In this document: positions 50,176 to 59,625 of the stretch, in pieces
Numbering within the stretch: the stretch's first letter is position 1
How the letters are laid out: each line of letters starts with the position of its first letter
Source: Acidobacteriota bacterium
Lineage (GTDB): Bacteria; Acidobacteriota; UBA6911; RPQK01; JAJDTT01
DNA: 64,000 nt
Direction: 5' to 3'
NCBI GenBank assembly: GCA_965217775.1
Contig: CBDCJH010000002.1
Coordinates: 2,368,001-2,432,000 of the forward strand
Made by a program: the position numbers and the translations under genes
The notes under the pieces: generated by a model
Told to the model about the DNA's origin: nothing
What the model saw: the letters and a program-made list of their open reading frames with translations, nothing else
Database searches by the model: none

Positions 50176-52548
50176 TCACTCCGACTCGGCCACCGCGTCG
50201 TGCAACCGCTCCAATTCGGCCGCGCAGACTTCCGTCCACTCCCCGCAGGGCGCCGAACGGATCAACGAACGCATCCAGGAGACGTCCTGGCCATACTCGT
50301 TGAGCCGGCGCCCGTAGCTCGCCCGGTTCTTGGTGCAGACCAGGGTGTAGGGACTGCCCTTTCGTTGGGTCACGTGGGACATGTCGAGCCGGTGGCCGTC
50401 AATGATCCGGTGCAGGTGCTTGCGCAGATCCTTCCGTAGCTTGAAACGCTCCGTTTTGGCGACTGGGTTCCTGCAGAAGGCCCGAAGCTTGGCGCAGTGC
50501 CGGCAATCGCAGTCGATCTCGGTCGAGATCGTCCAATCCCGAGGCACCTCGGGAGCTGTCGCGCTACGGCGCAGCAGGAAACCCACGGCATGGCGCCACA
50601 ACAGGGCGTAGGCGCCGGTCCCTGGGATGCCTTCCTGGCCGCGGAGTTGGTCCAGAGCCGCCGGAACCATCCGGTCCGGTGTGATGAGCTGCGGGTGATC
50701 AGCGATGGCGACAGCAGCCGTCTTGGCGTCTTCCGCCAATCCGAATCGCGAAGCCAGCCCGAAGAGGTCACGGATCGCTCCATGGTCGATGGATTTCCGC
50801 TCCCGTTCCCGATATTCCCACGTCTCCTCATCGTCCCACGCTTCCTCTGCGGCCCACGTTGTCCGGTCAGCCTCCACCGGCCGCTTCACCCGCTTCAAGA
50901 CGGCGGGCCAGTCGGCAAGAGCCTGCCTGGCCCCGCCCCGGAGGGCGCCGCTCCAAGCGGGACCCGCCGTCTCACCGACGCGCAGCAGCAGCAGCAGCGT
51001 GTCGCCGGTCCGGTATGGCAACTGAGCTTTGACGAATTCGACCAGGAACTTCCCGCCGGCGTCCGGACCGATCCCAACCAACGCCGCCAGCAGATCATCG
51101 TTTTCGCTGCCGTCATACCTGTGAACCACGACCTGCCGAAGGAAGTGGGCGGTGCGGGTTTCGTCTCCGATCGCAGCCAGCAGGCGAAGCATCCCGGAGC
51201 GGGCCTCTGCGTCGGAGACGTACCGTTCAGTGGGCCAGATTTCGGTCAACCGGCCCACCAGATCGCCGATGCTTTGGCCGGGAACCAAGTCCTCACGTTG
51301 GAATTGCTCGGCCACCCAAGCCACGCCGCGGTCGATGCCGCCACTACTGATGACGTCGAGCGTCTTCGGCCGTGGCCAGATCACGAAGGCAGCACGGCGA
51401 TAGAACTGCTCGATGGTCATGCCCGCGTTGCCCGTCGCTTCATGCACCCTCTGGTCGTCCGGTTCGGCGGCGTCGAGCGCTCCTTCCGGCAAAAGTTCTT
51501 GCCCCAGCAATGGGATCTTTCCAAAAGGCGGGCGGCCTCCGTCCCGGTCCATCCAGCCGTCGAGCGATCGCGTACGGTCGAGCAACTCGTCCATCTCCAG
51601 GGGATCGGAGTCCATCTCATCCCAGTCCTCTTCAACGTAGTAAAGAACGGGGATGCCTGCTTCCCTGACGTGTACGATCGCCAAGTACAATTCCCACTCG
51701 GCCAGATCTGCCGCCGCCTTCAGAACTCGCGCCACGGACGCGTCGGCATTCTTCAAGGCGTCGAAAGAGAGTCCGCTCTCGCTGTAGTCATGCTCCATCA
51801 GCCAGACGTACTTGTCGGGCGGGTGATCGCCGTCACGCCAGTCGATGAGAAAATCGGCGACACTCTCGACCCGATCCGAATAGTCGGGAGCGAGCCGGGG
51901 CGTTTCGGTGTCTCCGGGGCGAAGACAGACGTTGAAAACCAGCGACAGACGATGGCCGTGACGGATCGGCAGTGTTTCGTGGGAACAGTCGGCGTAGAAC
52001 GCAGCGAACGCCAGTTCGGAGGGCTCGTCCGCGTTCATGTCGAGAGTCATCTCTCGACCGCGATGGCGGACGATCAACTCGCCGCCGGCGCCGGCGGTCG
52101 GCAACGAAATCGAAAGTGTGGCTATCATGCCGTCGGCTTTCGCGGTGTCGCGGTGGGACGAAAAGAATCCTCCCGATGGGTAGACGAGCAATTTGTAGAG
52201 TTGCGCGTCCAACCGCTCGAGGGGGCAACCGAGACCGGTCGCGGTGGCGGCGAGAATCTTGGAAAACGTATCCGGCCACGCGCGGCCGCCCAGGCAAACC
52301 TGCGCCGCGTCGATCTGCCGGCAGTCGCGGACGGAGGTATCGACCAAGGTCTCCGTTCCCTTGCCGTAGGGAGCACGTTCGGCCACCTCCATCAATGCAC
52401 GAACCTGTGCGTCGGGAACCGGGAAAGAGAGCAACCCGACGCCGTCGACCTTCAGCACCGGCATTGGGATCAGCAGACGGCCATACGCGAAAAAGTCCCC
52501 CGGGCGGTCAATGGACTGCAGCAGCTTCTCGAGTGAGTTGTCGTCCAT
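50176..52548 (-). CDS. 2OG-Fe(II) oxygenase domain protein
   Basis: APYGKG, LYKLLVY..G.FF..HRD, AFYADCSHE...R.SLVFN. Confidence 0.85.
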   Translation of the reverse strand: MDDNSLEKLLQSIDRPGDFFAYGRLLIPMPVLKVDGVGLLSFPVPDAQVRALMEVAERAPYGKGTETLVDTSVRDCRQIDAAQVCLGGRAWPDTFSKILAATATGLGCPLERLDAQLYKLLVYPSGGFFSSHRDTAKADGMIATLSISLPTAGAGGELIVRHRGREMTLDMNADEPSELAFAAFYADCSHETLPIRHGHRLSLVFNVCLRPGDTETPRLAPDYSDRVESVADFLIDWRDGDHPPDKYVWLMEHDYSESGLSFDALKNADASVARVLKAAADLAEWELYLAIVHVREAGIPVLYYVEEDWDEMDSDPLEMDELLDRTRSLDGWMDRDGGRPPFGKIPLLGQELLPEGALDAAEPDDQRVHEATGNAGMTIEQFYRRAAFVIWPRPKTLDVISSGGIDRGVAWVAEQFQREDLVPGQSIGDLVGRLTEIWPTERYVSDAEARSGMLRLLAAIGDETRTAHFLRQVVVHRYDGSENDDLLAALVGIGPDAGGKFLVEFVKAQLPYRTGDTLLLLLRVGETAGPAWSGALRGGARQALADWPAVLKRVKRPVEADRTTWAAEEAWDDEETWEYRERERKSIDHGAIRDLFGLASRFGLAEDAKTAAVAIADHPQLITPDRMVPAALDQLRGQEGIPGTGAYALLWRHAVGFLLRRSATAPEVPRDWTISTEIDCDCRHCAKLRAFCRNPVAKTERFKLRKDLRKHLHRIIDGHRLDMSHVTQRKGSPYTLVCTKNRASYGRRLNEYGQDVSWMRSLIRSAPCGEWTEVCAAELERLHDAVAESE

Positions 52549-52670
52549 GTTGTAATGCGAATTCCTAACCCAGCGTAAACGGAACAAAAATTCTGCGCCG
52601 GAGCGGTACCGGAGGCTTTCCAGCCGCCGAATATTCATTGGCCGCGCCTTGCTCTGCTTTGGAACGAAGA

Positions 52671-52695
52671 GGGCGCCCACAAGGGGCGCCCCTAC
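52671..52695 (-). repeat. GTAG-family REP-like palindrome
   Basis: GTAGGGGCGCCCCTTGTGGGCGCCC; second copy at 57972. Confidence 0.75.
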
Positions 52696-52746
52696 TCTTT
52701 TTCCATTTGCGCAAGCCCGGCTCCCCGTCGTACACCTTGACGAAGG

Positions 52747-54189
52747 TTACGCCAACACACCCTTGACCACGTGGCCGTGGACGTCCGTGAGGCGGCGTTG
52801 AATGCCGTTGTGGTAGAAGGTGAGCTGCTTGTGGTCCAGCCCCAGCAGGTGAAGGATGGTGGCGTGGAAGTCGTAGATGGTGACCGGATTCTCGCCCACG
52901 TAGTAACCCACTTCGTCCGAAACGCCGTAGCTGAAGCCCTTCCGGACACCGGCGCCCGCCAGCCAACAACTGAACGCGTGCTGGTGATGGTCGCGGCCTT
53001 TGGCGCCCAGTCCCTCGGTGAACGGGGTTCGGCCGAATTCCGTCGACCACACCACGAGAGTGTCCTGTAGCATGCCCCGGTCCTTGAGATCCTTCAGGAG
53101 TCCGGCCAGGGGACGATCCATGGTCTGGGCCTGCTCGGTGTGGTTCTCCACGATGTCCTCGTGCCCGTCCCAGTTGATGCGGGGCCGGCCGAAGGCGCCC
53201 CCGCACCAGACCTGCACCACTCGGACACCCTTCTCCAACAGCCGGCGGGCCAGCAGGCAGTTCCGGCCGAAGGCGGCCGTCTTTTCCTGGTCCAGGCCGT
53301 AGAGCCGCCGCGTCTCGGACCGCTCCGTGTCCAGGTCCACGATCTCGGGAATGGTCATCTGCATGCGGGCCGCCAGCTCGTAGGACTGGATCCGCGCCTC
53401 CAGGGCGCTGTCGCCGGGATTGGTTTCCAGGTGTTCCCGGTTCATCCGAGCCAGCAGTTTCATCTCACTGGTCCGGCGCCGGGAGGAGATGGTGGGCGGG
53501 GTCGACAGGTACGGCAGGGGGTCGCCCGAATTCCGGAAGGCCACACCCTGGTGGGACGCCGGCAGGAAACCGGCCGTCCAGTTGATGGACCCTCCGGCCG
53601 GGAGGCCCCGGGGATCGGGAAGTACGATGAAACCGGGCAGGTCCCGGTTCTCGGAGCCCAGGCCGTAGGTGACCCAGGAACCCATGGAGGGGTATCCGTT
53701 GCGAGTGAATCCCGAATTCATCTGAAACGTGGCCGGAGTGTGATTGGAACTCTTGGCCTCCATGGACCGAATCACGCAGATGTCGTCGGCGCATTCCGCC
53801 AAATGGGGCAGCAGGTCGCTGACCCAGAGCCCGCTCCGGCCCCTTCTTCGGAACTCGAACGGACTCTTCATCAAGGTTCCGGGCCGTCCGAAGAAGGTGT
53901 CGACTTTTCCCTTCCCGGTCATGGTCTTCCCGTCCAGCCGGGCCAACTCGGGCTTGTAGTCGAAGGTGTCCACGTGACTGACGCCCCCCGCGGCGTAGAT
54001 GTGCAGGATCCGCTTCGCGGGACCCGGGAAATGAGGAGGGCGAGCTCCGAAGGGGGACCGGTCTACACTGCCGCGGACCTCGTCCTGGAGCAGGCAGGCC
54101 AGTGCAATCGCGCCCAGGCCGCCTCCCGAGTTCCATAGAAAGTGCCTCCTGGGCAGCAGGGGTGTCGCCGTCGGGTTGAATTTGTCCAT
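52747..54189 (-). CDS. DUF1501 protein
   Basis: PRRHFL, GGVSHVDTFDYKP, EFGRTP, GRDHH. Confidence 0.9.
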   Translation of the reverse strand: MDKFNPTATPLLPRRHFLWNSGGGLGAIALACLLQDEVRGSVDRSPFGARPPHFPGPAKRILHIYAAGGVSHVDTFDYKPELARLDGKTMTGKGKVDTFFGRPGTLMKSPFEFRRRGRSGLWVSDLLPHLAECADDICVIRSMEAKSSNHTPATFQMNSGFTRNGYPSMGSWVTYGLGSENRDLPGFIVLPDPRGLPAGGSINWTAGFLPASHQGVAFRNSGDPLPYLSTPPTISSRRRTSEMKLLARMNREHLETNPGDSALEARIQSYELAARMQMTIPEIVDLDTERSETRRLYGLDQEKTAAFGRNCLLARRLLEKGVRVVQVWCGGAFGRPRINWDGHEDIVENHTEQAQTMDRPLAGLLKDLKDRGMLQDTLVVWSTEFGRTPFTEGLGAKGRDHHQHAFSCWLAGAGVRKGFSYGVSDEVGYYVGENPVTIYDFHATILHLLGLDHKQLTFYHNGIQRRLTDVHGHVVKGVLA

Positions 54190-54203
54190 GGAACTTTCCC
54201 GTT

Positions 54204-57200
54204 TCAGTTCAGGTAGAGAAACTCGCTCGAATTCAGCAGCGCCCAGCAGAAACTCTCCAGGCCCTGGTCGCCGGCGTGGGCCACGGCCCGGCCCGATTCC
54301 TGCGGGTTGGGGCCTCTTCCCAGGGCCAGGCGATAGGCCAGCTCGATCTGCCTCGCGCTGTCGCCGGGAAGCGCCCGGCGGAGCCGATCGGCAAGATGAT
54401 CCGCCTGGCGCAGGACGAAGGGACTGTTCATGAGCGCCAGGGCTTGGATGGGCGTCGTGGTATGGCTCCGGCGAGGCGCCTTGTCGGAGGCGTCCGGGCA
54501 ATCGAACGCTTCCAACATGGGGTCGTGCCCGGATCGGACCACGATCCGGTAGACGGTGCGTTTCCGCATCGGCGGCTCGGCGGAGTCGACCAGGTCGTAG
54601 AAGTGACTGTTGAAAAACTTCACCTCGAAGGGGCGGAATCCGGGTCCGCCGAACTCTCGATTCAGCCGGCCGCTGACGGCGAGCAGCGAGTCCCGGATCA
54701 CTTCGGCCTCCAGCCGCCGCGCGGAAAAACGCCAGAGCAGCCTGTTTTCCGCGTCGGCCTCCGCCGCGTCCGCCCGGAACCCCGACGACTGTCGGTAGGT
54801 GTTGGAGAGCATGATCTCCCGGTGCAACTGTTTCACGCTGCCCCCTTGCCGGAGGAAGGACTGTGCCAGCCAGTCCAGAAGCTCGGGGTGTGAGGCACGG
54901 CCGCCGTTGAATCCGAAATCATTGGGGGTCGAGACGATTCCCCGCCCGAAATGATAGTGCCAGACGCGGTTCACCAGGACCCGCGCCGTTAGGGGATGGT
55001 CCGGGTCGGTGATCCATTGCGCCAAGTGAAGCCGGCGCTGGCCCTCGCGCCCGTCGAGAGGCAACCCGAATTCCGGCTCCGGAGATGAGATGGCGAGGAG
55101 GCCTCCGGGAACGACCGGGTCGCCCGGCGTCGCCGGGTCCCCCCGCTCCATGACCACCGGCGGGGCAGCCCGATAAGTCCGGGCGGCGTAGACCAGGGGA
55201 ACCGGGGGAGCACCTTCCAGCAACCGTTCCTGACGAGCCACCTCCTCCAGCAGTTCATCTCTGGCGAGCCGCTCTTGAGAGCCGGCCTCGGCGTTCCACT
55301 CCTCGGGAGTCACTCGCTGGATGCCGGCCCGGAAGGAGGCGGCAATCTCCTCCGAGGTCAAGGGCCGATCGTAGAGCCGGGCTTCCTCCACCGTCCCCGT
55401 CCCGTCCCCGAAGGCGATCCTGGCCCGGTCTCGGGCATAGACTTGAAGCGCGGACTCCGGACCTTCCCCCTCGGGATCCTGGGCCGAATAGAGGAGCCCC
55501 TGACGATAGATTCGGATGCGGCCCTGGGAGTCATACGTGATGGCGAGATGAATCGGAATTCCGGTCTCGGACTCCTTGGGCACCTCAGGATCGACCGTGC
55601 GGTTCTTGAACTCGCTCAGGTTTCTCCAGGAGCGGGATTTGCTGTGGTAGTAGATGGCATCGAACCTCCCCCTGGCCAGCGGCGAATCGGTAGCCTCGAC
55701 CTTGAAGACCCAGAGTTCCTGGTGCCGTTCTGAGATCCGGACCCACGCCTCGAGGGTCCTTTCCGCCAGGTCGACGGTCAGAGTTTCGGATCGGCCCCGG
55801 GCGTCGCCCTTGAACCGGATGGCGCCCTCCTCGACTACGGCTCCCGATTCCAGAGACAAATGCCCGTCACCCAAGGAATCGGTCCCATCCAGGTCGAAGG
55901 TCCAACGAGCGATGGGCCCGGGGACCGGCTGCGGAGCGATCCCGCGCTTCCTCAGGACCCGCTCCCGGACCTCGTCCTGAAGCTGGGCCAGCCGCCGCTT
56001 CAGGCGACGGATTCCATCCCTGAGAGGCTCGGTTCGTTCCTTGTGGGCGGCCGTCTCCGCCGGCGTCAGCCAGGGCCGGTCTCCGGCACGGATTCCGTCC
56101 AGGCAGGCCTTCAGACGATAGTAATCCCGCTGGGAGATGGGGTCGAACTTGTGGTCATGGCATCGCGCACAGTTGACCGTCATACCGAGGAAGGTCTGGG
56201 CCACGGTCCCCACCATCTCTTCCATCTCCACGGCCCGGACCCGGGCTCGCATGACGTCGCTCTGCTGCGTGTGCCCCACCTCGTCCCAGGGAGCCGCGAC
56301 CAGGAAACCGGTGGCTGCGATCCCGTCCCGGGTCCGGGGCTGCAGAACGTCTCCTGCGAGCTGCTCCAGGACGAACCGGGCATAGGGCTTGTCCTGATTG
56401 AAGCTCCGAATCACATAGTCGCGGTAGGGCCAGGCATGATCCCGGATCTTGTCCCGTTCATAGCCCTGGCTCTCCCCGAAACGGGCCAGATCCAACCAAT
56501 GACGGCCCCAGCGCTCGCCGTAGTGAGGCGAGGCCAGCAGGCGGCTCACCAGATTCTCGTAGGCTCGGGGAGACGTGTCCGAGACGAACGCCTCGACCTC
56601 CCCGGGCGGGGGCGGCAATCCCAGCAGATCCAAGGTCGCCCGCCGGATCAACACCTCCCGGGACGCCGGCGGAGAAGGCTCCAACCCCCGCTCCTCCAGA
56701 GCCGCCAGGATGAAGGCGTCGATGGGTTTTCGAACCAACGGCGCCTGCTTCACCACGGGAACGGCCGGGCGGTGCACCGGTTTCAATGACCACCACAGCG
56801 GTTCGGGCAAATCCCCTCCGGCCTGGGATGCGTCCTGGTCTCCAGCCGGCCAGACGGCTCCCTGATCGATCCAGCGCCGGACCACGTCCACCTCGGCTTT
56901 CGACAAGGGATCGCTCGGGGGCATCTCGCCGGAGCGAACCTTTTCATAGAGGAGGCTTTGTCCGGACTCGCCCGGCTCCAACGCCGGTCCGGAACTCCCA
57001 CCCAACAGGACCCCCTCCCGGCTCGACAGATCCAGGCCGGCCATGGCGCCGACCCCGCGGTGGCAGACCTGACATTTCTGAAGGACTGAAGAGACTTCTC
57101 CGGCGGAAGTCTTCGGTGCGGATTCGCTCCGGAGAGGCGTTACCGCCAGGAGCAGCAGGTGAAGGCCTGCTATTACGGCCCGTGTGACCGTGCATTGGAT

Positions 57201-57290
57201 ACGACCCACGAACCTGCCGTTTCGGCATGGGAAACCGGGGTCGGAGCGGCGTGCTCCACAGGACGAAGCGGCAAGATCTGATTCAGGCAT
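54204..57290 (-). CDS. Cytochrome c / DUF1549 / LamG-like / DUF1553 protein
   Basis: CQVCH, YGERWGRHWLD, CARCHDHK, HPLTARV; start uncertain. Confidence 0.88.
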   Translation of the reverse strand: MPESDLAASSCGARRSDPGFPCRNGRFVGRIQCTVTRAVIAGLHLLLLAVTPLRSESAPKTSAGEVSSVLQKCQVCHRGVGAMAGLDLSSREGVLLGGSSGPALEPGESGQSLLYEKVRSGEMPPSDPLSKAEVDVVRRWIDQGAVWPAGDQDASQAGGDLPEPLWWSLKPVHRPAVPVVKQAPLVRKPIDAFILAALEERGLEPSPPASREVLIRRATLDLLGLPPPPGEVEAFVSDTSPRAYENLVSRLLASPHYGERWGRHWLDLARFGESQGYERDKIRDHAWPYRDYVIRSFNQDKPYARFVLEQLAGDVLQPRTRDGIAATGFLVAAPWDEVGHTQQSDVMRARVRAVEMEEMVGTVAQTFLGMTVNCARCHDHKFDPISQRDYYRLKACLDGIRAGDRPWLTPAETAAHKERTEPLRDGIRRLKRRLAQLQDEVRERVLRKRGIAPQPVPGPIARWTFDLDGTDSLGDGHLSLESGAVVEEGAIRFKGDARGRSETLTVDLAERTLEAWVRISERHQELWVFKVEATDSPLARGRFDAIYYHSKSRSWRNLSEFKNRTVDPEVPKESETGIPIHLAITYDSQGRIRIYRQGLLYSAQDPEGEGPESALQVYARDRARIAFGDGTGTVEEARLYDRPLTSEEIAASFRAGIQRVTPEEWNAEAGSQERLARDELLEEVARQERLLEGAPPVPLVYAARTYRAAPPVVMERGDPATPGDPVVPGGLLAISSPEPEFGLPLDGREGQRRLHLAQWITDPDHPLTARVLVNRVWHYHFGRGIVSTPNDFGFNGGRASHPELLDWLAQSFLRQGGSVKQLHREIMLSNTYRQSSGFRADAAEADAENRLLWRFSARRLEAEVIRDSLLAVSGRLNREFGGPGFRPFEVKFFNSHFYDLVDSAEPPMRKRTVYRIVVRSGHDPMLEAFDCPDASDKAPRRSHTTTPIQALALMNSPFVLRQADHLADRLRRALPGDSARQIELAYRLALGRGPNPQESGRAVAHAGDQGLESFCWALLNSSEFLYLN

Positions 57291-57407
57291 AAGTCTATCC
57301 TGACTTTATCCGGCGTCCACAGGCAGTTCAACTGCCCGACAGGGGTGAGAGAAGAGATTTTGGGGTGATGGTACTATCTGCCGATGCGCGCCAAGGGGTC
57401 GACACGG

Positions 57408-57920
57408 ATGCTCCTTATGGTCCTTCCCGGCTTCGCCGTCCTGGGCCTCGCCCAAGTGGTGCCGCAGTACAAGGGCAAGAAGGAGAATCTCCCTCGGGTC
57501 GTGGCGCCCCAGCCGATCCCCTTCAGTCACAAGCTCCACTCCCGCCTCGGCCTGACCTGCGCAGGATGTCACGCCGGCGCGTCCAAGGGGGCGCGAGCGG
57601 GCTTTCCGGCGCCCGCCGTGTGCCTGACGTGCCACAACAGCGTCCGGAAGAACCACCCGGGAATCCAGGCGCTCAAGATCCTGCATGACAAGAAAAAGGA
57701 ATCCGAGTGGGTCCGAGTCTACCAGCTTCCCGACTTCGTTTTCTTCAGTCACGCCAACCACGTGAACGCCCAACTTCCCTGCCGGACCTGCCACGGTCCC
57801 ATCGAAACCCGTGAGGTTCTGGCCCAGGAGGTTTCCAGCAACATGGAGATGTGCATGAACTGCCATAAAGCCTCCTCCGTCTCCACCGATTGCCATCTCT
57901 GCCACGAATTGGGCGAGTAG
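57408..57920 (+). CDS. Pentaheme cytochrome c (c3/ActA-like)
   Basis: Five CxxCH motifs; QPIPFSH, LPDFVFFSH. Confidence 0.9.
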   Translation: MLLMVLPGFAVLGLAQVVPQYKGKKENLPRVVAPQPIPFSHKLHSRLGLTCAGCHAGASKGARAGFPAPAVCLTCHNSVRKNHPGIQALKILHDKKKESEWVRVYQLPDFVFFSHANHVNAQLPCRTCHGPIETREVLAQEVSSNMEMCMNCHKASSVSTDCHLCHELGE

Positions 57921-57971
57921 GAGCGGCGGCTTTCTTGCCGCCGACTCTTGATCTGGCCGCGCCCTGTAGAA

Positions 57972-57995
57972 GGCGCCCACAAGGGGCGCCCCTAT
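57972..57995 (-). repeat. REP-like palindrome, copy 2
   Basis: ATAGGGGCGCCCCTTGTGGGCGCC between convergent genes. Confidence 0.7.
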
Positions 57996-57997
57996 GG

Positions 57998-58351
57998 TCA
58001 ATCCAGGTGGAGGTAGATATCGTCTCCCTCGACCGTGACATGGTAGGCCCTGATCCGCAGGCGGGAGTCGTAGAGGGCTCGGCCCGTCTTCAGGTCGAAC
58101 TCCCAGTTGTGCCAGGGGCACTTGAGGATCTCACCCTCCCGCTCCCAGGTGACGTGGTAGGGGCCGCTGGAGCGGACGTGGGGCCGGAGACGTCCCAGGC
58201 AGATGGGCCCCCCTTGGTGCGGGCAGACGTTCTTTACGGCATGGAATTTGCCGTTGACGTTGAAGACGCCGATCCCGCTTCGGCCGCCGAGTGGGACGAT
58301 CTTTCTGGAACCGGAAGGCAGATCCTGGACCTTGCCAACATGCCGACGCAT
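57998..58351 (-). CDS. Rieske 2Fe-2S ferredoxin
   Basis: CPH...CPWH. Confidence 0.93.
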   Translation of the reverse strand: MRRHVGKVQDLPSGSRKIVPLGGRSGIGVFNVNGKFHAVKNVCPHQGGPICLGRLRPHVRSSGPYHVTWEREGEILKCPWHNWEFDLKTGRALYDSRLRIRAYHVTVEGDDIYLHLD

Positions 58352-58363
58352 TCCGACTCCTCG

Positions 58364-59470
58364 TTATCTGCCCCCGTTGGACACCGCGTCCAGGCCGGAT
58401 AGCCGGTCACCGTAGAGCTCGCGGGCGTTGTCGTAGAAGACCCGCCGCCTAAGTTGCGGAGACACGCCTCGCAGCACCCGGTCCGGGTTGTCCCAATCCC
58501 AATGCGGATAGTCGCTGCCGAAGACCAGGATCTCGTCGGCGTGCAGCCAGCGGAGAAAGACCTTCAGGTCCTCCAGGCTGGGAGGCTGTTCCATCGGCTG
58601 GGACCCGAAACGGATGTTTCGGAGGATGTACTCGCTGGGCGGCCGTTTGACCCAGGGCGTGTACTCCCGAGTCGACTTCCAGTCCGCATCCATGTGCCAC
58701 ATGAGCCCCGGCACCCAGAACGTATCGTGCTCCACGAAGAGGAAACGAAGGTTGGGAAACTTCTCGAAGACCCCTTCGCAGATGAGACTCGACACATGGG
58801 CCATGGCGGTCTGGGGGCGAGCCATCCGCATCTCCAGGTAGTAGGAAGGATATCCGACTCCGGTGGGAGCGCCCGAAACTCCGGCCCCCTCGGCGCCGAA
58901 GTGGATGCATACGGGCAAGCCGTACTCCTGGGCCGCCTCGTACATGGGATGGTAGAAGCGATTTCCGAAGGGCATCCGCGCGCCGGCGGGAACGATGACC
59001 TGGACCATCCTGGGGTGCTTGCCCAAACGGTGGATCTCCTGGGCTGCCTGGAACGGGTCCGCCGCCGAAACCGATATGGAACCAAAAAAACGGCGGTCCG
59101 CCGCGACCCATGTCTCCAAAGTCCAATCGTTGAAGGCGCGGCACAGTGCGGCCGCGTAATCCACGTTCGGGTGGACCGACGCTCCGTAAACCGTCGATCC
59201 GGTCAGGACGGCCGCCACCACGCCATACTCGTCCAAGTGCCTCTTCCGAGCCATGTCGATGTTGTTGGCGGGATGAATGTCGCCGTCCCAGACATCGGCC
59301 CGGGCGCCGCCCTTCGGCATATTGGTGTAGCCGGTGGAGAATCCCCCGGGCATCATCAGGCCGAAGTCCTGGATGTGTTCCACATAGTCACGGGGAAGGT
59401 ACGGGAAGAGTTCTTCCGGTTCCGCGATCATGTGGTGGACGTCGCAATCGATGATGGGTTCTCGGGCCAT
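58364..59470 (-). CDS. Amidohydrolase_2 family protein
   Basis: IDCDVH, GVFEKFP, FGSDYPHWD. Confidence 0.9.
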   Translation of the reverse strand: MAREPIIDCDVHHMIAEPEELFPYLPRDYVEHIQDFGLMMPGGFSTGYTNMPKGGARADVWDGDIHPANNIDMARKRHLDEYGVVAAVLTGSTVYGASVHPNVDYAAALCRAFNDWTLETWVAADRRFFGSISVSAADPFQAAQEIHRLGKHPRMVQVIVPAGARMPFGNRFYHPMYEAAQEYGLPVCIHFGAEGAGVSGAPTGVGYPSYYLEMRMARPQTAMAHVSSLICEGVFEKFPNLRFLFVEHDTFWVPGLMWHMDADWKSTREYTPWVKRPPSEYILRNIRFGSQPMEQPPSLEDLKVFLRWLHADEILVFGSDYPHWDWDNPDRVLRGVSPQLRRRVFYDNARELYGDRLSGLDAVSNGGR

Positions 59471-59503
59471 GGCCTTTCCCTCCCTCACTTGCGCCCCCGT
59501 GGA

Positions 59504-59623
59504 TCAGGCCCCGATCCGGACCAGGAACAGGGTGAACAGGATGATGGCGATGACGCACACCCAGGCCAGCAGAAAACCCACGACCGTTTGCTTCGAGGGC
59601 TTGCTGACTTCCAGATCCCACAT
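59504..59623 (-). CDS. 39-aa membrane protein next to the symporter
   Basis: MWDLEVSKP...single TM; starts 2 nt after the symporter stop. Confidence 0.6.
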   Translation of the reverse strand: MWDLEVSKPSKQTVVGFLLAWVCVIAIILFTLFLVRIGA

Positions 59624-59625
59624 GG

